NCBI GenBank assembly: GCA_053919585.1
Contig: CM132796.1
DNA length: 64,000 bases
Reading direction: 5' to 3' (one strand)
Source of the DNA: Euprymna scolopes
Taxonomy: Eukaryota
Of the stretch, positions 51,660 through 64,000 are shown piece by piece. The translations under genes and the position numbers were made by a program. The notes beneath the pieces are model-generated. The model saw nothing but the letters and a program-made list of their open reading frames with translations, was not told where the DNA came from and ran no database searches. The number at the start of each line of letters is the position of its first letter. Positions within the stretch are counted from its first letter, which is position 1.

Positions 51660-52280
51660 TCATACAAACTCTTCAGCTTAACATTCACTGGCACCATGTA
51701 TTAGACTAAATACATTGAAGACATTGTCAAGGCTGCTGCAAAGAAGGTAGACTCTTCTCTACCATGCTAGAAAACTAGCCACCCTTAGCAGTATTGTTGC
51801 GACATCTGCACTGGTGTATCTATTACTAGTCCATCCATTAGACCGGGTCCAAGAAAGAATCGCAAACCTAATAGGCTCCCCACTATAACCCAAACTTTCA
51901 CCTCTGTCCCATCGTTGCATTACTACAGCTTTTCATGTTTTACGAGTATTTTAATGAACTGTGGTCTGACGAAGTTGCAGCACTTGTGCCTTCTTGTGGT
52001 AAATAGCCCAACTAACCTGACAAGCATCAAAATTATACCCCTTCACTTTATAATTCCATAGATATTGGAAAGTCTTCTACTCTATAATAGTTTCTTCCCA
52101 TGAACTGATAGATTTTCGATCTGATACTTTCCTGACTATATTAACATGCAGAAATTTATATGTATTATGATGAGTTATCTCATTTCTCAAATCCTTTCAA
52201 AGTGCCTCTGTAGATATGATTCCTAATAGTTGCCCCTTACGTCCAAGTGACACTGTACCTTTTTGGGGAGTGAATAAAAG
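51660..52280 (+). mobile_element. Decayed CR1-group LINE 3' fragment
   Basis: LDRVQERIA.LIG..LSHR..FYEYF; similar to 21885-22413. Confidence 0.65.
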
Positions 52281-53055
52281 TTTTAAAAAAATACACAGAT
52301 CATCGTCCACTTGCCTTTTCTCTATATTTTAAGCCAGACAAATATTCCCCTTAAAAATCTAGGTATTTAGACTTCAATTCCCAGTTCTTCAGTGACGTAC
52401 ACATATATCCAATTCACAAACCATTGCTACAAATGCCGTATCTTATCTTCCCATCCACGTTATTTCTTCACCAGAGGATATTAACCTCCATCAAATGGTT
52501 TTAGACCAGCCATCTCTGAAGGATTTGAATATGCCAACTCCACAATTTGCTAATTGCAAATTCCAGCACCTCCCTATCCCTACAGCTGATAAACAAATCT
52601 TCCATAAGATATCTTTTTTATGTAGATCACCCTCTATTTCCCGAGAATCATCCAAGGACGCTTTTTTCTTCCTTGCATACAACTGAGTCTCTGCTTCAGT
52701 GAAACTCCTTATTATATTGTACTATATTTAGTAGTGATTTCCAAAGATATTCGTGCTATCTCTTCGGTGCTATCAGCTAAAATCAAATTGGAAACATTTT
52801 GCACTCCGACTTTATTCAATACTGTTTGAGTTAATAGAGATGTTAAAACTTAAAAATTAACCGACCTTAACGTATATATGTATATTTGCCAAGTTTATTT
52901 TTAAATTTTACCTCTTAGCAGCTATTTTTACCGACTAAAACAAAATCGAATTTGATCCACAGGCCCAAATCACCCATATATCAGATCTCAAGTCTGTAGA
53001 CTAAACATTGATGATTTTTTGGAAGAGACAACTCCGCACATGGAGAGACAAGGTA

Positions 53056-53058
<3 letters not shown>

Positions 53059-53104
<46 letters not shown>
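53059..53104. repeat. (TA)n microsatellite
   Basis: About 22 TA units. Confidence 0.95.
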
Positions 53105-53108
<4 letters not shown>

Positions 53109-53433
53109 ATAGTTTCAAAGGGAAATATAGATACGTATAAAATTAATAATAATTAGCACCTCATGGGCAGTATATATAACTTGAGTTGACAGAACAAATA
53201 CGATTAAAACTGACAATGAGGTTTGAAATGAAACTAGGAAAAATCCAGAAAAAAAGAATTATTCCATTTACGTATTTGGCCCATCTTTTTATTTTTATTT
53301 TGGTTTTTGTTCTTATCTCTATATTCTTCTTGTTCCTCCTCTTCTCCCCCCCCCCCGAACTAAGTCCCTATATCTTGTACACGACCTGACCTCAATTAAG
53401 CGACCGGTCAAACTTTATAATTCTTTGATTCTA

Positions 53434-53574
53434 NNNNNNNNNNNNNNNNNNNNNNNNNNNNNNNNNNNNNNNNNNNNNNNNNNNNNNNNNNNNNNNNNNN
53501 NNNNNNNNNNNNNNNNNNNNNNNNNNNNNNNNNNNNNNNNNNNNNNNNNNNNNNNNNNNNNNNNNNNNNNNNNN
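53434..53574. other. Assembly gap
   Basis: Run of N. Confidence 1.
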
Positions 53575-54062
53575 TTTGTATGTATATGTATATTGTATGT
53601 ATGTGTGTGTTTATATATGTGTGTTCATGTGTATATAAGGATGAATATGCACATATGTCTCACCCTACTTCCTACCACTTACCACTACCTACTCTCCCTG
53701 ACACTTCGCCCCACTAAAAATAATATGAACTTCTAATGAAAAGGTTTCTACCAGACTTTGAATTATTATCGCTTGACCCAAAACAAATTTAAACAAGCAC
53801 TTGCCCGATTCGGATATATACACAGCTATGCGGATTACCCAGTATATGGCTTGGAAATTATTACCAAACGGATGTAAAGAACGTATAATATGGATTTTAC
53901 CAAGCAAGTTGGATCAACAAAAACATTCATATCATTTTTCTACAAATCCTCCTGCTACAGGACTTCTGATAAATGTATTTATTATTTTCACTTTGACATT
54001 CCATGTCTCACTGACTTTAGCAAATAGGGTGCATACGTTTATAACTATTTGCTAATATTTTC

Positions 54063-54110
54063 TCTCCTCTGATGAGATGGTAGACATCGAAACCCTATAG
54101 GTTAAGGAGA
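54063..54110 (+). ncRNA. Type I hammerhead ribozyme-like motif
   Basis: TCTCCT-CTGATGA-GATG(gtaga)CATC-GAAA-CCC(tata)GGT-TA-AGGAGA: 6-bp stem I, 4-bp stem II, stem III with one mismatch. Confidence 0.8.
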
Positions 54111-54224
54111 TTAATTTTCTAAAACATTCTTTGTCTTGCTTAGAATAATAAAAATTCTTTGATATGAAACTCAACCACTTCATTTCATTTAAATGAGAGT
54201 TTTTTGAAATTCATTGAATTAGAA

Positions 54225-54255
<31 letters not shown>

Positions 54256-55589
54256 ATCTTGAAATATATTTTAAATACTTTTCCATGTGAATTACATTAA
54301 TACTATTTTATTAGTCTCTAAGTGGTAATTTGTCATCTTGTTTTCCACTTTTATGACACTTGAAAAGTTAGCCTATAAAAATTATTGTAAGTCTTTGTGT
54401 AAATGACATATTTACTTACCTGATATAGTTCGTATAAGCAATTATCTAAGATTATTTTCTCTTTTTAACCTATAATCTACATTTATTTATATTTAGATAT
54501 TTTCACTTAAATATTTAAATATTCATGATTGCCTGATATAGCCTTATAAGCATTTCTCTAAGTATGCTATAGTCACCTCTTTATACATGTTGGAACGATA
54601 AATTAATTAAGATCCTAAAATGCAATCTATTTTCAGAAATTCTCAGTAAAGTACAAAAGTAAATTTTGGCATGGACATATATTAACAGCTATTTGAGGCG
54701 ACTTAGGTAATTGTAAAAATTATAATTATATGCAATTGGTTGAATATTTGAAACAATGTAGATATAACTAAAAGCAATACACATTTAATACTCCTCTTGA
54801 TCATATTCTCTTTTGAACCCCATTAAAAAGTTGTATAATGAAAACACTTTATCAAATCTTCAATACTAAAGATTACTACGATACTATCCCATTGATTACT
54901 GTACATGCAATGACCCTTATCCCCGAGTGGCTTCTGGACCTTGATAATGGTGACCTCCATGTAAAAAAAACAATCTACTACTATGCAAATGGAGTCAGAA
55001 ATAAAAATAACAAATTTCCAGACATTTTAAAATTAGTACATGGGTATTTTATTCAAACCGTGGGAAATATAAAATTAATTACATCATAAACAATTATAAA
55101 GTAGAACGTTATACAGAAGTTGACAGCTTATACACAAAATTTAATTAAGTGAAATAAGCCTGAGAAATATAATCCTATTCTGTGAGCATAGTTTTGGAAA
55201 TTTAAAGATTTTGTTAAATACCGAAATCATTTAACTTGGACAATTATTGCAGTTTTATTTTGTTAGAATAGCTTGAATATGATACAAATTTATAAATGAA
55301 AATTTTATCTACATAAAAATAATGATTTACATATTCAAAACTCTTAATCCATTGAGTGGATGGAAGTATTTTAAATTGACATGTAAGATACGTTAACAAC
55401 AAAAGTACAACCCAGTGAACGTATGTATTTGCATCATTAAATTATATTTATTTTTTAAGAGTCACACGTTAGTTTTTATCACTTTCATTTCGCTTAAATT
55501 TTAGAGACCAAGAGGCCCCTACTAAGGTAGGCTAACACTTGATTTCTTTATGAAATACTGTATACTTAAAGTTCCTCTTTACTTTTAAT

Positions 55590-56330
55590 ACATTGGGTAA
55601 ATAAAGCATTGAATCATAATAGTTTTTCTTCCAGGAATAGAATTCATCTGGTCTGGTGGAGTATCGCATATTGGGTTGTTATGTGGTAGTATAACTAGGA
55701 GAAAGTCCAACCGTTCTACTATGAACCAATGTATAGCATTTTCAAGAGGGATCTTATTTGGGCTTCGGATAGTTAGTTTGAATATTTGATCAAATTTTAC
55801 TTGTAGGAGCATGTGAAAACGTTCTGTGCTAGCTGTAAAGAGAGATGGATAACATTTTGGGATGATGTTTAAACTTTCTCTGTTAATTTTCAGTTAGTTT
55901 TAAGAGATGTATATTATCTTACTAGAGCTTGGTCTTCCAGGGTTGTTTCTAAGTATTTCTTAAGATTTTTTATTGGAGGGGGGGGGTGCTCCTATTATAA
56001 CCGATAAAATGTTTATACCTTTCAGAGACCATGTTGTCTTTAAATCATACTTCAGGTCCTGATTAAAAAACATTATTTTGTTCCAAGTTGGAAATAGGGA
56101 CTCCTTTTAGATGCCAGATATTCAACACCCACTATCTTATACATTCCAGCCAAAAGATTATTACAGATTATGACCATAGATTAAAGTACAATTGTTTGAA
56201 ACTCTCTTGCAATTGGTTTACCAGGTATATTTGTCATGTAGTTTTTTTAAATGCTTTTTCCTTAGTGAAGTTGCTCCTATAATTACTAGAATGATTGAAA
56301 TCTTCCTAAGAGTACAGTTATTTTTATGTT
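55590..56330 (-). mobile_element. Decayed LINE C-terminal fragment
   Basis: RLDFLLVILPHNNP....PDQMNSI resembles LINE ORF2 C-termini; boundaries approximate. Confidence 0.45.
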
Positions 56331-56473
56331 GTGCATAAGATGTTAGTATTTTGTTATCTTTTTCCTCTCATCTCGGTTTAACCCAGCATCATTGGAGATA
56401 CTAACTTTTACCAAGTTTGCTTTTTTCTCCTTCTTGTTTCATATCATTATATCACATTTAATGGCTCAGTTTT

Positions 56474-56995
56474 CTAATAAGCTGTAGCAATTGTATAGTC
56501 GTAGTGGATGGCGCTTGACTTATTTCCAACTGTTCTTTCTGGTATATGTCCCCAGGATTTGTTGGTGCATTCGATATTAAATGTCCAGTGGAGATATTTA
56601 CACACTTCATTGTGTCGGGTTGTATAATAGCCATCCCCTAATAAATCCTTACAGTTGAATGTCAGGTAGCTCAAACTGGGAAATGGGATATGTCATGCTT
56701 TTGTAGATGATAAATTGAGCTACAATTGCAAAATACATGACGAGGTAATATGATAAGTTAGTAGTCGTATAATCAAAGTAACTATCAGCATAATGTTTAT
56801 TATGAAAGTTACACCTTTCAAAAAGGCATGTAAACTTATTGATTCTTTTTAATGTTTCTTATGGTTGGGGAGGCGTTGCTTTGTGATTCTCTAGATACAT
56901 AGCTGTAGCAATTGCATAGTCGTAGTGAATGGTGTATAACTTATTCCAACTGTTCCTTCTGATATATGTTCCCAGGACTTGCTGCTGCATTCAGT
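56474..56995 (-). mobile_element. Two fragments of an RLE-type (R4/NeSL-like) LINE
   Basis: C..L....Y..RHNEVCKYLHW..W.H.PE....N...I.YD..I; ~56480-56572 is repeated with divergence at ~56900-56992. Confidence 0.75.
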
Positions 56996-57237
56996 GTTTA
57001 ACTTTTTTATTTCACTTCAGTTAGTTTTAAAAGAGCAAAGGACTAATGGTTGATTCCATTAAGATTTGAATTTATTTCCTATGACTCCTTTCAGCATGGG
57101 TTTGCAATGCGCCTCTATAAAACAGACATAAATGAAAATGCAGACAGAACATAAGTCACAAGAGAAAGTTTTCTTTCCGGTGTGTTTCCATGTATCTGCT
57201 AAGAGCAAAATTGTCCGAAAATTCTGAATAACAAACT

Positions 57238-58113
57238 TTACGCAAATAATGATTCTTTCTTTTTGTGAGTTTGCATGTGCCTTTTTAAAGTTGATTTCAC
57301 TGTAAATGCTGAGCCACACACTTCACAAGAAAAAGGTTTTTCTCCAGTGTGTGTTCGCATGTGTGTCTGCAAGTTTGATGTGTTTGAAAACGAAGAACCA
57401 CATACTTCACAGCTGTGAGGTTTTTCTCCAGTGTGTGTCCGCATATGAATCTTTAAGTTTGATGTCATTGTAAACGACGAGCCACACAATTCGCAAGAAT
57501 ATGGTTTCTCTCCAGTATGAGTTCGCATGTGCAGTTTTGCCTGTGCCGATGTTGCAAAAACTGCACTGCACATTTCGCAAGGATAAGGTTTGTATCCAGT
57601 GTGTGTTTGCATATGGCGTTTTAAATTTGATTTTTCTGAGAAGGAAAAATCACATACTTCACAAGCATGAGGTTTTTCTCCAATGTGAATTCGCATATGT
57701 TTCGTCAATGCTGACGTCATTGAAAATGCAGAACCACATACTTCACACGAGTATGGTTTTTCTCCTGTGTGAGTTCGCAAGTGATTCTTTAATGTTGACG
57801 TCATTGAAAATGAAGCTTTGCACACGTGACAAGAATAAGGTTTCTCGCCAGTGTGTGTTCTCATGTGGACTTGCAGACTATATTTCCTTGCAAATGCTGA
57901 GTCACACACCTGACATGGATAAGCGTTCTCTACAACATGTGTGCGCATGTGTTTCTGAAAGAGTGCTATCACTGTAAATGTTAATCCACACTCTTTGCAG
58001 GAAATATTTTCTCCATTGTGTGATCGCATATGAATTTGTAAGTTCGATTTTTTCGGAAACGATGCTCCACAAATTATACATGAAACAGGTTTGTCTCCAG
58101 TTTGCATGTGCAT
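57238..58113 (-). CDS. Tandem C2H2 zinc-finger protein, 10 intact fingers
   Basis: 291-aa ORF with HTGEKP linkers; candidate acceptor TTCGCAG near 58213. Confidence 0.92.
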   Translation of the reverse strand: MHMQTGDKPVSCIICGASFPKKSNLQIHMRSHNGENISCKECGLTFTVIALFQKHMRTHVVENAYPCQVCDSAFARKYSLQVHMRTHTGEKPYSCHVCKASFSMTSTLKNHLRTHTGEKPYSCEVCGSAFSMTSALTKHMRIHIGEKPHACEVCDFSFSEKSNLKRHMQTHTGYKPYPCEMCSAVFATSAQAKLHMRTHTGEKPYSCELCGSSFTMTSNLKIHMRTHTGEKPHSCEVCGSSFSNTSNLQTHMRTHTGEKPFSCEVCGSAFTVKSTLKRHMQTHKKKESLFA

Positions 58114-58196
58114 CTTTTAATTTTTTATAAATTGTTCTATATCTTTCAAAAGAATCAAAATTCTATTTCATATATTCTCATAAAATACTTTGACTT

Positions 58197-58570
58197 TGCT
58201 TCTTTTACCCCTGCGAACGAAGAAGAGATGTTATTTTATAAGGCATAAATAATAATTAAAAGTCCAAAAAATAATTTCAAAAATCCTTTTACAATCAGTA
58301 TTTAAAATTGTAATCACTGTTGCTTCTTTTACCCCTGTAAATGAAGAAGAGATGTTATTTTATATGACAAGAATAATAATTAAATGTACAAAAAATAATT
58401 ATAAAAATCGTTTTACAATCGGTATTTAAAATTATTTATCATTGTTGCTTGTTGTGAATGAAAAAGAAATGTTATTTTATAAGACATAAAATAATTAAAT
58501 GTACAAAAAATAATTATAAAAATCATTTTACAAATCTTTTTACAATCAGTATTTAAAATTATTATCACTA
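58197..58570. repeat. Three ~124-bp tandem copies
   Basis: TGCTTCTTTTACCCCTG..GAAGAAGAGATGTTATTTTATA..TTTTACAATCAGTATTTAAAATT starts at 58197, 58321 and ~58446. Confidence 0.9.
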
Positions 58571-61500
58571 TTAAGATTTACCTAAAGTAATTTATAAAAA
58601 ACTGATAGAAAATAAGAGATAACAATTGTAAACTTTGACATCAATTATTGTGCATGTGCAGACATACATAGATGATCACGGTGCACACAAGCATAGTCAA
58701 TAAATAAGAGACTCACATATTAATATTTATTAATGTAGAAAACTACATTAATAAATATTTTTTAAGTAAACGTTAAAGTTTTGGCTTTTTATGCTTGGAC
58801 TCAACTAAGAATGCTGACATTTTTGAATAGAGATATTACTTATTTAAAAGGAATATAAAACAAGAAGTATAAATGCATAATCTAAACGTACTGAGTGAAA
58901 TTCACATTTTGAAGAACTTTATCATACAATATATGAAATATAAAATTCCTAACCTAAAATAAATGTTTCAGAATTGTTTTTATTTTAAAATCATATTTTT
59001 CAACTGCTTTCTAATTCATACAATGGATTGGTGATCGCTTGTGAAACAATTTTCTTGACAATCATCAAATATAAATTCTTTTAAATTACATATTCATACT
59101 TCTCTTAAATCGCAGGATATCCAGTGTCATCTCTTGATGTGGTTTGAGTCGGTAAAGTATTTACATTTTAAAAAATATCCAAAAACAGAAAATACAATAA
59201 AAAATATTATAACCTAATCTACTGATATTTCATATTTTATCCCAAATTAAAAAAGTTCAATCTGAAATATGCGAGATTTAGGAATTTCTATTGGAATTGT
59301 TTTTATTATTTTTGCATGTACTTTAATTATAAAATAACTAGAACAAGAATGTAATATTTTGCATATAATTTCTCAAAAACACTATTATAATTTCATATTT
59401 ACGTTCTAATTTGTAAATTTAATACTCCAGCCTTGACATTGAGATGTAGATTTGATCGATAAGATCAAATGTGGATTTTAAATTTTATTTTGTATGCAGT
59501 AAATTAAAAAGGAAAATGAATTTCTTTTTCATATCCAACGAAATCTTATAAAACATTAAATGCTTAGAGGTGATTTTTGCAGCAATTGATATAACGCATC
59601 ATAAAGATAAGACAGCTTGTTATTCAAAGTTATCACTGATCAGCTGAAAGAAATATGCTTTGAGTTTTGTCAACAAAAATAACATGACAATTTAGCAAAA
59701 GTAAACTCATAATGACCTTAGACTCAAACAGATATGTAAACCGATAAGAATAAATGAGACAATAAAGTTGAAGGTGTGCAGAAAAATAAATCAAGAATGT
59801 CAGACTATCAAATAAAAAAGGTATATAACTACAGGAGCAAAATTCTGATTGCTAATATAAGGTGATAGCAAGAAATATAACACTTATACCACCAGGTTCT
59901 GCATTGAAAACTTAACGAATTAAGAAAGAAGTGTGCCTCTATTTTAAAAATACTTTTTCAATCTCCATCAGCATTAAATTTTTCATCCATGAACATAACA
60001 TTATTAGTAGCATTTTCAAAATTTCACTCCATTCTTATTAAAAGTAACATCTACAAGGTACTTGATTATATTGTTATGAGTAACTGGAGGCCTTATCATT
60101 GGCAAAGAAAAAGAAAAGGCTATGTGAATGTTTCAGAATTTGTCAGATTAAAAAAAAAGTATATTTAAAATGTACCCAACTAAAATTGTATCCTTATGAC
60201 TAGTGATTCAATCAGCCTTCTGTAAATTTTGCACTTTATACAAGTTTCTAATACTAGTAGTTTAAAAGAAATAAGATAAATCGAGATAGCAGTTTAATAC
60301 TGCCATTAAGCATTACATTCATGAGATAACGAAAAGCAAACATAATTTTTATTGACTACAACACTAACAAAAGCTGTGCATGATCGTTAGAATAAAAACT
60401 CATTTTTCGATTAACCCAACCTTTGGTAAATTTGCTGGTGGTAATACTGTTATATATTCTGGGTTACGTCAGCATGTTGGAAATAAGAGTTGCTGCCAGG
60501 TTGGTTAGTGCAAAAAACAATTCAAGGGGTTTAGGTTGATGTCTATTAAAGGGGTAGCCAGGGTCAGCAATAACAACCAAGAGTGATTGAGATTGTGTGA
60601 AAGAAAAACGATGCATGAAAAAGAAAGAGAGAGAGAGAGATTTTTTGGTTCGCATGAAAACACAGTTAGTTTTCTAAGTTTGGACAAAGCAGATGTCTCA
60701 GTTAGACGTGAAGATGTATTGAAGAAAGAAACATAAAAAAGTTAAAGTGGTCGACAATGCGATGCTTCCCACTTCATTCACTTGTTAGATGAAATAAAGA
60801 AGCCATGCTAGAAATCAGTGTTGCATTTCTTTGCAAGATATTCCTCCAGCATCAGCCAGTGATGGCAAGAAAGCATTCTCAGAGAGGACCAGAAACAGAA
60901 GAAAAAGGTATGGCGACTTTATCGAAATACATATATACACACACACTAGAAGGGATACGACCACATGTGCAGACATACATACATAATCATGGTGCACACA
61001 AGCGTAGGCAATAAATAAGAGACTCACATATTAATACAGATATGAATAAATAAATAAATAATCATCATCACCAGACAGAAAATCTCCTACAATGTTTATT
61101 TTTGTTAATAATGTCTAAGGAATAATTCAAAATAGTTTCTATATTTCACTTTTGCTGCCCATTATCAGAATTATTGCATATGAATATTTTAAAAGATCTT
61201 CTAGACTATGGTGATGGAATATTTTTTTACTAAAAAATATAGTTTTTGTTATAGAAATTAAAAGAATGTGTAATAATTATTGTTGCTTTTATATGAAAGA
61301 ACTCATATCGTTTCTAATTGCAATGTGCAAAACAAACTGGAAATGGCCAAAATAGTTTATGATTTCAAAATTGAAAGTTGAAATATGTAGAAAGGTAGAT
61401 GACACTTAAGCATACATATACAAAATGGTTTATCGCCTCCCACTCCCCAAAAATTGAAACACCTTCCTGACAAAATAAAAAAAAGTAAAACTGATTTACT

Positions 61501-63519
61501 TTTTGATTTTAAGAAAATTATTGAACTCATTCTCAACACGAGGAGGAGTAATTGATTAGTAAACACTGTGACATAGCAAAATGGCTATATGCAAATACTA
61601 AGCCTAAGTAAAATGATATCATGGTAAGTAAAGAGGATTATAAAAAAGACAGAGCACATTTCAGATGTGAAAGTTGGAATGAGGAAAAAATGTTGTTATA
61701 CAAAAAAACGAGTTGCAGTTCTTTTCTATTCTTTGTCTATTGAGGCTATTGAGTAATGTTTTAGAAGATAATTTGGCACCATAAATACCAGACTTTTTTA
61801 CAATAAAAGGTAAAAAAGAAGAAAAAAGGTTACCACAAGACCATGCAGTTCCAAAAACAGGAGACAAGATAACATTGAGCAGAGATGGAAACTTTGAGAA
61901 AACAAGAAAGAATTAACCAAACTGAGAGTGAAAACTTGAAAAAGAAAAGAATTGTAAGCTATAAGCCGGATTGTAAGTAATATTGTTTTAGTTTTTTCTA
62001 TTTTTCTGTCACTTTTTCCTGTTTGTTAGTCATATTTTTAGTTGCTACAGCATGTTTTGAGAGGACCTTAGGTCAACGTAAATGTTATTTTTAATGTTGG
62101 ACAAAAATTTTATCATTATGATTAGGTTACTTAATATTATAGAGGACAATCTCCTCTGCTCAGTTAATGAAGCAAATAGCTTTTTAGGTTTTACATGAGA
62201 ACTTAAAGTTAAACATGTAGAAATTAACACATTTTATTCTTTTAAATTGATATTCAAGCTGTTCAAGAGTCGATTCTTGACTGAGAATAATAAACATCTC
62301 CAGTTTTTTTATTTTATGATTACTAAGGTTGGAAAAAAACACACTAAATTCATACAATGGGCTCGGCAGAGTGGCCTATATTTTTTTGTGTAATTTTTTA
62401 AAACCATGTATAATGCTTTAATTTTTCAATAGTTTGTTACTTGCATTTTTATACATCTAATACCAAACACAGAAATAAGTGTATTTAAAGGTATATTTAA
62501 TTTTAAATTTAATGACAAGTGAAATTGCTTGGGGGTCAAGTAAGGTACTTTAACATTAATGAAATAGTATCCATTCATCTTAAAACTAGTGCTCTTTATG
62601 AGAAAAAGACATAGTGGTTGTGTTGCTGCTCTGATAGAAAGATAAGTGTGCATTAAGCATTTAAGATACTTAAAATCCTTTGATTCAGAAATGGAGGGTG
62701 TAAATTACAAAGACTATGTCTATAGGCAGTCTGAAAATTGCAGACAGAATTCAGATAATGAATAAAATTTCCCAGGTATGAAATGTAACTTAGCCATCAG
62801 AAGTTGGTGACTGGACTTTTGATGGTTTGATTTATGAACAAACATAGCTTAGAAAATAACAGAAATTAGAAGTAATAAGTGAAAAAAGAGGGGCTGCTGA
62901 GGATAAAAAATAATAAGGTCAAACCATATTGTTACAAAAAGAGGAAATTGCAGTAATTGTTGCGTAAAATGTTGATATCTAAGTTGTGGCATGGATAATG
63001 TCTCTGGCCCTTTGGGTCAGGTGCTATCCATAATTGTTTTGTATAATTTCAGCAAAAAGGTGTTGAGCAATTATAAGATAAAATGGACCATAATTGTCTT
63101 GAGTAATCTTGTCAAAAGTGGCTGAACGGTTGAGAAACAAAAAGGAGCTGTAAACTAAAGCAAAAGGTTACATTAATTAGTGTTGTCTCGAATAATGTTA
63201 CTATATTGAGCTGAACAATTAAGAGATATAGGTCGTAGGACTAGACAAAAGGTTATACTAGCTAGTTTAATCAAAGAATTTTGGAGAGGAAGTTTAAAAA
63301 ACTATATTTTGCAGGCGGTGTGGGAATTTGTTTCACACAAGGAGAAATATTAATATGACTGATGTGACAGAGTAAATTTGAGGGTTGTTTAAGAAAATGA
63401 GAAAAAAAACTTGCACAATGAAAAAAGTAACAAAGAAATCTGGGTATACAATGAACAGTATATCATATCTGTAATGAAGATGGTCTATAGCAATATACTG
63501 ACTTTATTGCTAAAATAAA

Positions 63520-63797
63520 AATATCCTGTTTCAGTTTAAAGAATTTAAAAGTTTAATACCAGCAAACATCAAAGACTAGTTTTTTTCCCCTCAAACTGCT
63601 AGACTTTGGAATTCTCTTTCGGGTCCCTGCTTCTCTGACTGTACTGATATGGAGAAGTTCAAGTGTGGTATGGATAGACTTCTAGCTGCTCAATTTCCTA
63701 CATAATATCTATGTAAATTTGGTCCCAAATAGTAGTACCTTACATCAAAGTAACACTGTGTCTTGTTTAGGGTGAAATAACAGTGCAAAAAAAAAAT
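63520..63797 (+). mobile_element. Decayed CR1-group LINE 3' end
   Basis: TARLWNSL..CFSD..DMEKFKCG, then an A-tail. Confidence 0.65.
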
Positions 63798-64000
63798 TAT
63801 TTATCTTTATTACTTTTTCAACATGAAAACATCTTCCTTACACATACACAAAAATAATAGTAGTTCGCACAATATGTCTTCCTACAAAAATCTGGTGAAA
63901 TGTCCTAAAACTGCTATATGGTTAGATAATAGACAGGAAATGGATGATCATTTTCCATTGAATTTATATGCAAAAGTATTCCCCACTCTAAATTCTAAAT

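Noticed and set aside
52290-53050. Possible LINE and Helitron-type relics
   Set aside because: Too decayed to support a specific call.
53425-53736. ORF spanning the N run
   Set aside because: Gap artefact.

Overview
AT-rich animal (invertebrate) genomic DNA; no prokaryotic features. The host content is two convergent, single-coding-exon tandem C2H2 zinc-finger genes (15 fingers at 23464-24945 +; 10 fingers at 57238-58113 -). The ZNF style and TE mix resemble a cephalopod-like cluster, but the taxon cannot be fixed from this window. The rest is mostly nested, decayed retroelements. Gypsy element A (4862-16178) contains a solo LTR and a two-LTR non-autonomous element of family C, a Penelope-like fragment inside a C LTR, and a full CsRn1-type element B. 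Mag-type element D contains a 5'-inverted RTE LINE and is fused to a second Gypsy, E. Also present are A-related Gypsy F, an L1/Tx1 relic, CR1-group 3' ends, a Tc1/mariner deletion derivative, a 5S-derived sequence and several tandem repeats. Best leads: (1) A and F have no tRNA primer-binding site; the sequence after the 5' LTR is complementary to their own LTR with matching geometry, suggesting self-primed reverse transcription. (2) There is an HDV-like ribozyme fold at the RTE 5' end and two hammerhead-like motifs. (3) An orphan ~2 kb ORF cluster (2310-4400) has possible repeated SGNH-like modules. All calls are by eye, with no database searches.
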